The notes beneath the pieces were generated by a model. That model saw nothing but the letters and a program-made list of their open reading frames with translations. It ran no database searches and had not been told where the DNA came from. Of a stretch of DNA of 64,000 nt, positions 1 to 8,202 are shown in pieces. Source of the DNA: a virus. Within the stretch, counting starts at the first letter, position 1. Each line of letters begins with the position of its first letter. The DNA lies in IMG/VR virus record IMGVR_UViG_3300008262_000040. The stretch is one strand, 5' to 3'. The translations under genes were made by a program, and so were the position numbers.

Positions 1-346
1 CTGTTACTATTTGTAAGTTGCTGGTTCTAATAAACGTTACTTGTTCGCCTAAACTGATCCATTCAGGATCATCGTTTGCAACACCAGCTTGTATTTGTGG
101 TGTTAGCATATCCATCATTTCAGTATTTACATTATTGTAACTGCCTTCTGGCTTTTGTGCTAAGATTGAGAACACGTTCACTACTGTCGGTACATCTATT
201 TCAACAGTTGCTACATCGTCGTCTTGTAATCCCTGACACGCTGTTTTAATCTTTTCCAGCGTTGGAAATGAAACGTAAGCTGCCGCTCCGAATAAAATGT
301 CTGCTATCAGAAAATAGTGTTTTGCTTTTAATTGTACCTGTATCAT
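1..346 (-). CDS. hypothetical protein, partial (runs off the window start)
   Basis: Manual translation from ATG at 346 gives MIQVQLKAKHYFLIADILFG..., open to position 1. It abuts the stop of 348..638. Confidence 0.7.
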   Translation of the reverse strand, partial: MIQVQLKAKHYFLIADILFGAAAYVSFPTLEKIKTACQGLQDDDVATVEIDVPTVVNVFSILAQKPEGSYNNVNTEMMDMLTPQIQAGVANDDPEWISLGEQVTFIRTSNLQIVT

Positions 347-347
347 G

Positions 348-638
348 TTATGGTTTTGAAAAATAATATATAATATCTGCTATAATAAATATAAAGGCGG
401 GGATGAAAGCTCCGATTACCGTCCATTTAAAATCTCTCCAGTCAAACTTAGTTTTCTTTACCTTTTCATCATACACCTCTTTCACTACACCTGTGCTTGC
501 TGCCACAGCTAAAGCTACAACAGCAGATAACCACTGTTCAAAAGCGAAATTGGCTAATATAAACATAAATATCCAAATCACCATTCCTGCCCAGAAATGC
601 ATTTCATCATCTAGTTTTTTAAATCCAATATTGATCAT
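348..638 (-). CDS. small membrane protein (YfiM/DUF2279-like, H...KE..D...D motif)
   Basis: Three hydrophobic segments; DEMHFWAG...GVVKEVYD...FDWRD pattern; ATGA overlap with the upstream gene. Confidence 0.55.
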   Translation of the reverse strand: MINIGFKKLDDEMHFWAGMVIWIFMFILANFAFEQWLSAVVALAVAASTGVVKEVYDEKVKKTKFDWRDFKWTVIGAFIPAFIFIIADIIYYFSKP

Positions 639-1981
639 TGTTTGATTATTTTAAATGATTTTACTCCATCTATGTTCACTATATAAATACCTGAAGAATA
701 TTTACTAATATCAATTGTATTTATTTTTTGAATATTTCTTATTGATTTTAACAGAGTTCCTGTTATTGAATATATTCTTATTTCTGTAAAATTATTACGA
801 TTTGGTAAATTGATCTGATATATTCCTGTATTGGAATTACCGCTTATATTTATTAATTCAATTTGTCTTTGTATTTGGGTTTGGATATTAGGTAAATCAA
901 GATTAAGTGCTTCTTCAACAGTAAATGTTCCTTCTACACTGTAACTACCAATCATTCCATAATTACTTATATTAGCATTAGCAACATTATTTATACTAAT
1001 ATGATAAGTTCCTGCGTTAAGTGTTGTATCCAAAACAGCGTTTAATCTTGTTAATGGATTATACTTCTGTAATAAAGTAGTTCCATTATATAAACTCATC
1101 TCAATATCTATATTAGCTTTTGATCTGTTTCCACCTAAGTTATATGGATTAGCTATTAACATGAGTCTACCTCTCTTAGGAAGAATTATTCTATAAAAGT
1201 CTGTGTCGTTTGTTCTATTAATTAATTCAGAAAAACTTAGCGTATTAATATTAATACTAACAGGCGTTGATTGTTCAATTGTATTTCCAACACCATCTGG
1301 TCTATATCCAAATCCGTTAGTTGATGATGTTATCACTGCTAAATCATCTTGTAAACTTGTACAACCAAAACTAGTTGGACCGTTATGCCATACAGTCAGA
1401 TTACGTGAGTAGCTGTCTCCCATAATAGGAGACCAGCTAGTTTCTCCTACTCCTCTTCCTGGGTTGTACTCAAATACAAATCCGCCTGTGCTATTACATT
1501 GGCTTTGGTGATATAAGTTTAATGTGTGTCCTATCTCATGAGATGCACATTCTCCTGAGTTTCTTCCTGTTTTTAATATATCAGTAAATACAAAACAAGG
1601 AACTTCTAGTCCCCAGAGAAAGGATTGAAAATATGCAACTCCACCAACGCCTGCGTACCACTCAGAGGTATCTGTTATAATTACCCTCTGTCTTCTAAGT
1701 AGCGGAGCTGCAAAATAAACAGAGGAATCTGTTGTGACATTAACATTAAACGGTCTGAAATCCTCAGCAACTATCTTAAATGCAGAATCCATCTGAGCTG
1801 TTGTTAGTTTACTTGGTGTAGCGTAGAAGGGAACACCATTATTCCAGTAAGGAGTATTAACAGTTTGACCATCAAAATCTAGATAGAATGTTGCTTTAGC
1901 TGAAGGGAAGCTGTTTAGTCCATACGGTACTTGTCCATTTACACTTAAAGCAAGAAATAATAGTGTTAATATTCTTACCAT
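635..1981 (-). CDS. secreted metzincin (reprolysin-like) zinc metalloprotease with PPC-like domain and T9SS type-A C-terminal sorting domain
   Basis: Signal peptide MVRILTLLFLALSVNG|Q; zinc motif HEIGHTLNLYH; Met-turn PIMG; PPC-like segment DTDFYRI...LNAGTYHISI; C-terminus IYSITGTLL...IDISKYSSGIYIVNI...SFKIIKQ is typical of T9SS CTDs. Confidence 0.8.
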   Translation of the reverse strand: MVRILTLLFLALSVNGQVPYGLNSFPSAKATFYLDFDGQTVNTPYWNNGVPFYATPSKLTTAQMDSAFKIVAEDFRPFNVNVTTDSSVYFAAPLLRRQRVIITDTSEWYAGVGGVAYFQSFLWGLEVPCFVFTDILKTGRNSGECASHEIGHTLNLYHQSQCNSTGGFVFEYNPGRGVGETSWSPIMGDSYSRNLTVWHNGPTSFGCTSLQDDLAVITSSTNGFGYRPDGVGNTIEQSTPVSININTLSFSELINRTNDTDFYRIILPKRGRLMLIANPYNLGGNRSKANIDIEMSLYNGTTLLQKYNPLTRLNAVLDTTLNAGTYHISINNVANANISNYGMIGSYSVEGTFTVEEALNLDLPNIQTQIQRQIELINISGNSNTGIYQINLPNRNNFTEIRIYSITGTLLKSIRNIQKINTIDISKYSSGIYIVNIDGVKSFKIIKQ

Positions 1982-1983
1982 GT

Positions 1984-2460
1984 TTAATCGGGTATTAAAT
2001 CTGAAGCCTCTTTTTTATTCCAGTAATATTTTCCGTCGTGGTCATCTTTTTCTAGTACCAATATATCCTTGTGATCGTTTGACATCAATAATGCTCTATA
2101 TATTACTTCACCAGGCATTATTGTTACTTTAGATACAATAAGCATTAAATCTTTAATATCATATGATTTTAATGCCATTATATTAGTGGGATCATGGTTG
2201 TGTATTGATGTTACTTTGCCTTTGAAGATAGTATTTTTAGTTAGTTCAATTTCTACTTCCCCATCTATAGACATTGATAATATGTCTTCAATGTAATTTT
2301 CATTAAATAGTGATTTAGTAGTATCTTTAGTAAACAGTTGTGGTTTGTTTACATTTCTGTCTTTAGCTGTTTGAAATTGTATTGTTTGAGAGAATGAAGT
2401 AGTGATTAGCACTATTAGTAATATAATAAATAATGCGCGGAACAATGTAATCGTTCTCAT
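1984..2460 (-). CDS. secreted protein, possibly a stand-alone pro-domain-like partner of the protease
   Basis: Signal peptide ending TSFS|Q; lies 2 nt upstream of the protease gene. Confidence 0.5.
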   Translation of the reverse strand: MRTITLFRALFIILLIVLITTSFSQTIQFQTAKDRNVNKPQLFTKDTTKSLFNENYIEDILSMSIDGEVEIELTKNTIFKGKVTSIHNHDPTNIMALKSYDIKDLMLIVSKVTIMPGEVIYRALLMSNDHKDILVLEKDDHDGKYYWNKKEASDLIPD

Positions 2461-2551
2461 AGGCTGTTAGTTAAATTATTACATTATGGGTAACCTGCTA
2501 TATTAATAATTATGATTACTTTTTATATATTAAAGATTCGTTTTATGTCTC

Positions 2552-5080
2552 TTATCCTATGTATGCTACTGAGAAGTTATCGTTCTGATCGAATGAAATT
2601 TCACCAACTGCTACTACCATTTTAAGTGTATCTCCTACTTCTAATTTAGAAATAGTACTACCACCAGCATGGTTCATTGTAGTATTAGCGCCAAATTCAA
2701 TCATTATTTGGGGAGTTCCTGTTACTCCACCTGTATTGTTTTTATATACTATCAGCTGAGATATTGTGCCTAAACTGTTTGAGTTTGTTCTAGTTACTAA
2801 GTTTACTTGATATAATCCCGCTATTGGTGCTGTGAATGTACCAGTTGAATTATTCCATCCACCGCCTTGTTGGTAATCCACATTCAAGTAACTACCTGAT
2901 AAAGTTGTTACTGCTGTTTTTCCGCCTCCTGCTCCAGTTACTCTAAATGCAGGTCTATTAGGCATTGTTATAGAACCGCTTGTTATATTTATACTACCTG
3001 TTGCTAGTGTTATTGAACCTCCTGTTGTTGTTATTGATCCTGTTACAGTCAATCCATTTGTATAATTACCGCTTCCGCTAACATCTAGGTTGTAATTGGG
3101 TGATACTACATTTATACCTATACGTCCATTAGCAGATCCAGAAAATGGCAATAAAGATGATGTTTGTATATAAGACCCCGTACCAAATAATATTCCACCG
3201 ATATTTATTGAATTTTGACTATTATCAGGTAAAGTTATATTAGTACCTATTATTATATTATTTACTGATATTCCACTTGTCGTATATCTACTTGCGACAT
3301 TATAACCAATCAATGTGGAATATGATGCATTATATGCATTTTGTCCGGCCGCATACCCAATAAAGTTTGAATATTTTGCATTAGTTGCACTACCACCAGC
3401 AGCTTCACCTAAAAAGTTTGAGTTGTTTGCATTAGTTGCGCTGGCTCCGGCATTAAATCCTAAAAAGTTTGAATTGTAGGCGTTTGTTGCTGAAAAACCA
3501 GTGGCACTTCCTAAAAAGTTTGAGTTATTCGCATTTGACGCTGCTTGACCAGCCTGACTGCCAATAAAGTTTGATCTATTGGCTGTTATTGCTGTAATTC
3601 CTGCTGCATATCCTATAAAGTTAGCTTGATAAGCATTTGTTGCTTCCCAGCCTGCTTGATTTCCTAAAAAATTTGAGTTTAGAGCATTTGATGCATTTTT
3701 ACCAGCTTGATTTCCTAAAAAGTTTGAGTTGTTTGCATTTGTTGCTTCCCAGCCTGCTTGATTTCCTAAAAAATTTGAGTTTAGAGCATTTGATGCCTCT
3801 TTCCCAGCTTGATTTCCTAAAAAGTTTGAATTGTAGGCGTTTGTTGCGCTGGCTCCGGCATTAAATCCTAAAAAGATAGAGTGTGAAGCGTTCGTTGACG
3901 ACTCTCCTGAGTTTAAACCTAAAAATATAGAATGGGTTGTACTTTTTGCGCCATTTCCATCTAATGGAAAATTAGAGTAAAGTGACGTATTTACAGTCTC
4001 AATAGCATACTTTGGATTACTTGATTGAGCTGTGCCATCTTCATATATTAACTGTCCGTCTTTTGATATTAAAATTTTATCGTAACTAAACTCACCTGTA
4101 GTGTTTGTAGTATCCCAACTATTAAATCTTATTGCATAATACTCGTCTGTACTTAAATCGTGCATTATAAGTTGTAGACCTACAATGTTAATTGGGTTGC
4201 CATTTATAGCGGTGTAAAACTTATTATATTTTCTATTTCTAACATTGGTTAATGTACCCCATCCGTAATCGATGCGATCGGTATAAATTGAGTTCCACTC
4301 TGTTTTTATTGGTGATCTATCATAGTTAGTATCATACTCATTTTCGTAATATGTATTGTATATTCCACTTCCAGCATCATCTCTTTTTATTATTGTTGTA
4401 GGTGATATTGTATCTATAGTTGATGGAGAGTTGGCTGGTCTAGTAAAGGATGATGATTGAAAGTATGAACTGGATATTTCATATCTATCATAAGCAAATC
4501 CTCCCCCTGCAGCTCCTGCTGTCCACTTATAAAACTTAACCAAGTAATATTTACCGGTACTGGTATCATTCATTACCATTGGTAAATTAACAATAAAATT
4601 ACCAGCTTGTTGATTAACAGCTTGACCCCACGTACCATAATTCCTATAAGGTATCGACTGTAAATCTCCCCAACCATACGATTTTTGATCAGTATAAATA
4701 GAATTCCATAGTGTACCCGAAGGGCTGGTGGCACCACTTGAAACTGCCTCTAAAGCAGCGTTGTAAATACCTCCCGCGTTGTCTCTAGCTATCTCAGTAA
4801 TTCCAGATGCTATAATATCTATTTGAGATGAGCTGTATGGGGTCTTTTCAAATGTAACTTTTGATAGATTTGTACTAGTAAAGTTGCTTATCTCAAGACT
4901 CCCAGTGATAATCGCAGAACCGCTATAAGGAAACCCGTTACCTGTACCTCCTCCAGCGCTATTTAAGGCATAAGACGCTGTTCCAAATAAACTACCAGTA
5001 GCATGCAAACTACCACTACTATCCAACTGCGGATAGCCATAAGGCTGGTTTGCTCTGTCTAGCGTGATAATTGTTTTCAT
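2552..5080 (-). CDS. tail fibre / receptor-binding protein with 17-aa repeats and a C-terminal C1q-like domain
   Basis: About 13 copies of ATNAxxSNFLGxxAGxx; duplicated N-terminal domain (WNSIYTD..YGWG twice); C1q signature PAFRV...FTAPIAGLYQV...LEVGDTL...FSVAYIG. Confidence 0.75.
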   Translation of the reverse strand: MKTIITLDRANQPYGYPQLDSSGSLHATGSLFGTASYALNSAGGGTGNGFPYSGSAIITGSLEISNFTSTNLSKVTFEKTPYSSSQIDIIASGITEIARDNAGGIYNAALEAVSSGATSPSGTLWNSIYTDQKSYGWGDLQSIPYRNYGTWGQAVNQQAGNFIVNLPMVMNDTSTGKYYLVKFYKWTAGAAGGGFAYDRYEISSSYFQSSSFTRPANSPSTIDTISPTTIIKRDDAGSGIYNTYYENEYDTNYDRSPIKTEWNSIYTDRIDYGWGTLTNVRNRKYNKFYTAINGNPINIVGLQLIMHDLSTDEYYAIRFNSWDTTNTTGEFSYDKILISKDGQLIYEDGTAQSSNPKYAIETVNTSLYSNFPLDGNGAKSTTHSIFLGLNSGESSTNASHSIFLGFNAGASATNAYNSNFLGNQAGKEASNALNSNFLGNQAGWEATNANNSNFLGNQAGKNASNALNSNFLGNQAGWEATNAYQANFIGYAAGITAITANRSNFIGSQAGQAASNANNSNFLGSATGFSATNAYNSNFLGFNAGASATNANNSNFLGEAAGGSATNAKYSNFIGYAAGQNAYNASYSTLIGYNVASRYTTSGISVNNIIIGTNITLPDNSQNSINIGGILFGTGSYIQTSSLLPFSGSANGRIGINVVSPNYNLDVSGSGNYTNGLTVTGSITTTGGSITLATGSINITSGSITMPNRPAFRVTGAGGGKTAVTTLSGSYLNVDYQQGGGWNNSTGTFTAPIAGLYQVNLVTRTNSNSLGTISQLIVYKNNTGGVTGTPQIMIEFGANTTMNHAGGSTISKLEVGDTLKMVVAVGEISFDQNDNFSVAYIG
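3300..3940 (-). repeat. 51-nt (17-aa) coding tandem repeat
   Basis: cctaaaaagtttga-like units recur every 51 nt, including a near-exact 102-nt duplication around 3633-3830. Confidence 0.9.
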
Positions 5081-5100
5081 TTATGTTGAGTTGTTGTTTT

Positions 5101-5190
5101 AATCTGGAATCCTCCGAAGAGGATTCTGTTTTTCTATCAGCCTCCGAAGAGGACAGACTTACACCTGTAATCCTTCGAAAAGGATCAAGT
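5101..5190 (-). promoter_or_regulatory. structured intergenic RNA element: four-way junction with cUUCGg tetraloops plus a third UUCG hairpin
   Basis: Minus strand: AUCCUU-UUCG-AAGGAU, then AGUCUG/CAGAUU enclosing CCUC-UUCG-GAGG, CUG-AUAGAAAAA-CAG and AAUCCUC-UUCG-GAGGAUU. Confidence 0.6.
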
Positions 5191-5193
5191 ATC

Positions 5194-6240
5194 TTAAGCT
5201 ATCTTCCACCCCCAAGCGTAAAAGTACTTGAGTGTTTCCGATGTGTCAATATCGTCTAAAAAATACCCCTCTTTGGGGAATATTTTTACAGTATCGCTCA
5301 TAGGTCCTATAATATACCTTCCAGCATTGTTTGGATCGTCTATTACGATTGCAAATTTAACATACAAATTCACTTTTGGTTGTATGTAGGAAAGAGGTCG
5401 CTGTTGCATATACTTTTTAACACCTCTCTTAGTTGTAACACAAACAGTGTTCTCAGTACCGTCTAATATATTATTAGTACTCCCACTAACTTTCATTGGA
5501 AAAAATTCCCTACCCATATAACCTACAGATGATCCAGAAACTCTTGTAAAATACCATCTTAACGGATTGAAGCCCTCTAGTAGTGTTGGTTTTCCTGATC
5601 CGGTTGCTACAGTCCATTCTGTCGTGAAATCTGTAAATGAGGATGTATATTTAGGATAAGCTCCTTCTCCAAACACTTGGCTATAATTATTGTTTCCGCT
5701 AAAATTGTCATAGACTGATACGTTTGTAAAACTGGGAGAAACTGATCCTCCTCCACTGTCTACGTAGCTTCCAGAAAAGCTTGCTGGGTGGCTAAAATAT
5801 TTTCCGTATTTTTGATTGTTTGCTCTTAAGTTTGGATTACCATTATGCTGTCTTCCCATTTTTTTACTTCCCTGATACACAAACAAAAAATATCTTGGAT
5901 TGTAATTTAAAAACGTATCGTCGCTCGATTGATACGTTAATTTTAAAACATCGTTATTCCAAGATGTAGCGATAGCACCTGGTAAACCAGAACCGTTACC
6001 TAGGTTTGATATAGCTTGGTTGTATACATGAGGAGGGGGGTTGTTGTCCTGCTTCGATCCATACACAATAGGCTTCGGTACATTCAAACCAGTACCTCCA
6101 CCCCCACCAACAGGCGTAACGACTCCGTTTTCGTTTACTGTTATCGGATTACCAGAGGAGTCAACTCCGAACACCACCTTATTTGAATTTGGTGCCGATG
6201 GAAATGTATTGTTTTTGTCTATTACTATATAACTTGGCAT
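5194..6240 (-). CDS. putative virion appendage protein, MPSYI family paralog 1
   Basis: Shares a ~48-aa N-terminus and Gly linker with 6287..7006 and 7446..8189; lies in the fibre cluster; ATATTTAT motif upstream. Confidence 0.55.
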   Translation of the reverse strand: MPSYIVIDKNNTFPSAPNSNKVVFGVDSSGNPITVNENGVVTPVGGGGGTGLNVPKPIVYGSKQDNNPPPHVYNQAISNLGNGSGLPGAIATSWNNDVLKLTYQSSDDTFLNYNPRYFLFVYQGSKKMGRQHNGNPNLRANNQKYGKYFSHPASFSGSYVDSGGGSVSPSFTNVSVYDNFSGNNNYSQVFGEGAYPKYTSSFTDFTTEWTVATGSGKPTLLEGFNPLRWYFTRVSGSSVGYMGREFFPMKVSGSTNNILDGTENTVCVTTKRGVKKYMQQRPLSYIQPKVNLYVKFAIVIDDPNNAGRYIIGPMSDTVKIFPKEGYFLDDIDTSETLKYFYAWGWKIA

Positions 6241-6247
6241 GTTCTGT

Positions 6248-6256
6248 TATAAATAT
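6248..6256 (-). promoter_or_regulatory. putative late promoter ATATTTATW (representative minus-strand copy)
   Basis: Other minus-strand copies at 10938, 16908, 19931, 23958, 27111, 29699, 31823, 36163, 38802, 43944 and 47481, each just upstream of a start codon. Confidence 0.75.
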
Positions 6257-6286
6257 TTTAAATGTTAGTATTAGTGTAAGGTTATA

Positions 6287-7006
6287 TTATGCTATTACTA
6301 CATAGCTCCAAACATTACCTGTGTTTAGGTTATTAGACGTGTCTAGTTCATTACCATTTATACTATCTCTTATACTAGCTCCATTTTCGCTTTTTATTGC
6401 ATAAAAGAATGGACTATTGATGCTAGATGGAGTTAGTACTCCGGTTTCTTTAAATATAAATGTGAAGTTATCGACTTTACAGTAATTAGCTACTAAATTG
6501 TTGGGTTTATCAAAATAGTTACCACTACCGGTAAACCTTGTATATAGACTGTGGCTAGCAAACACCCCATTAAGAAAATCTACGTAGTTAGTTGCATATG
6601 TACCGAATCCATCATCCCTATAATTTACATCGGATGAGGTCACGTTTAATGTATAAGGATTACACGATGAGATGTTTATTCCGTTTACTTGACCAGCTAC
6701 TAATTCAAGATTCAAATAATCTCCGGGGTCGTTGTTTTCAGCTAATGATGTAAATTTATCAATATCATAGCTAGCTCCAAATCCAATTGTACCTTGTATC
6801 CAGTTAGAGTAGCTACGATATTCTACGTAGTCACCTGCGCACGGTACAGGGGGTGTGTTTCCTCCTCCGCTTCCTATTACAGTTACATTTCCACTATTAT
6901 CTACTGTTACTAATTGCCCAGATGTGTTAACACCGGCAATAACTTTGCTGGCATTAGGTGCAGGTGGAAAGATTCCTTGTTTGTCTAATTCTATGTAGCT
7001 TGGCAT
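6287..7006 (-). CDS. putative virion appendage protein, MPSYI family paralog 2
   Basis: Shared N-terminus; C-terminal domain homologous to 7446..8189 (YRDDGFG...NYVDF.N..F.S.SLYTR.TGS). Confidence 0.55.
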   Translation of the reverse strand: MPSYIELDKQGIFPPAPNASKVIAGVNTSGQLVTVDNSGNVTVIGSGGGNTPPVPCAGDYVEYRSYSNWIQGTIGFGASYDIDKFTSLAENNDPGDYLNLELVAGQVNGINISSCNPYTLNVTSSDVNYRDDGFGTYATNYVDFLNGVFASHSLYTRFTGSGNYFDKPNNLVANYCKVDNFTFIFKETGVLTPSSINSPFFYAIKSENGASIRDSINGNELDTSNNLNTGNVWSYVVIA

Positions 7007-7017
7007 ATATTTTTTAT

Positions 7018-7449
7018 TTATGGTTCAATTAATACTTTGTGTCCTTCACCTCCAGCAAAATCAATACGAACGCCTACTATATTTGATAACTCTTCTTTAG
7101 TAGGTGTTACAGCGGCAACTATAATACAATCGTAATCACTATACTTTACTCTACACTTGTAGTCTATAGCATACTGCTCTGCTTCTGCATTTGTTTTCCA
7201 AGTTCCTTTTACTCTAGATCCTGTTGCCCAAACCTTTACTGTTGTGTTTGGATTTCTGCTTTTGGTTATGTTGTATATTTCTAAATATATTTGTTTTGTT
7301 TCTTCATCAAATTCACTAAATGAATTTATGATAGGTTTGTTTTGAATGACAGGCTGATAAGGTATACCAGCAGCCTCCCTCCAGTTTGCTCCTAGAAGTT
7401 GCTTTAGTTCTGCTACGCTATAGTTTCTATGTTTTTCTAGGATGCTCAT
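7018..7449 (-). CDS. minimal nucleotidyltransferase (Pol-beta fold)-like protein
   Basis: VWATGSRVKG...YSDYDCII resembles the hGS...DxD motif. The likely start is MSILEK at 7449 (ATGA overlap), not 7470. Confidence 0.5.
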   Translation of the reverse strand: MSILEKHRNYSVAELKQLLGANWREAAGIPYQPVIQNKPIINSFSEFDEETKQIYLEIYNITKSRNPNTTVKVWATGSRVKGTWKTNAEAEQYAIDYKCRVKYSDYDCIIVAAVTPTKEELSNIVGVRIDFAGGEGHKVLIEP

Positions 7450-8189
7450 GGTGCTGGAATTTGAAACCAAGATTTAGGTGCACTATTAGATAATAAATTT
7501 TCAATAATGACTCTATAGTCTGATGTATTTTGCAAGCTTCCGTTTACTGAAAAATTATCACATATGTTAAAGCCAAAATTTCCCTGTATACTATATAATA
7601 TATCATTCACAGGCACTCCGTCCACTTGACCTTCTTCACTAAATATAAATAAGAAGTCATCAGTTAAACAAAAGCTTCCTGTAAACCCTATCGCTGAATT
7701 GTATGCTAATGTGGTGCTTCCTGTTATTCTGGTATACAAGCTTTGACTTTGAAATATAGCGTTTATAAAATCTACGTAATTTACAGGGAACAGACCAAAT
7801 CCATCGTCTCTATATGTTAAATTAGTATAGTCTACTGTTGCAGATTGACCTGTTATGGCTCTTGATATCGGTCTTCCGTTTGCTGTTCCGCCTATAAATG
7901 TAAAAGTTAAATAGTCGCTTTGGTCTGCTTCTGATGCTATAGTATCCCATTTAGATCCACCAGACCAGGCATCCAAACCATACACCCACCTATTATAGCT
8001 CTGTACGTTTATATAGTCAGAAGCAGCAGGTGTTACTGATCCGCCTCCACCGCTTCCTATCACGGTTATATTGCCGGTATTATTAACTAAAACAGCGTTC
8101 CCACTCGTATTCACACCGAATACTACTTTACCAACATTTGATGCTGTTGGAAACGATGCTTCTTTGTCTATTTCTATATAACTTGGCAT
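7446..8189 (-). CDS. putative virion appendage protein, MPSYI family paralog 3
   Basis: Shared N-terminus MPSYIEIDK..FP.A.N..KVVFGVNTSG...GSGGG. Confidence 0.55.
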   Translation of the reverse strand: MPSYIEIDKEASFPTASNVGKVVFGVNTSGNAVLVNNTGNITVIGSGGGGSVTPAASDYINVQSYNRWVYGLDAWSGGSKWDTIASEADQSDYLTFTFIGGTANGRPISRAITGQSATVDYTNLTYRDDGFGLFPVNYVDFINAIFQSQSLYTRITGSTTLAYNSAIGFTGSFCLTDDFLFIFSEEGQVDGVPVNDILYSIQGNFGFNICDNFSVNGSLQNTSDYRVIIENLLSNSAPKSWFQIPAP

Positions 8190-8202
8190 AAGTTAATTTC
8201 GT

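Noticed and set aside
5101-5160. Cloverleaf as a tRNA gene
   Set aside because: No T-loop (TTCRA), D-loop or 7-nt anticodon loop; the arms are UUCG-capped.
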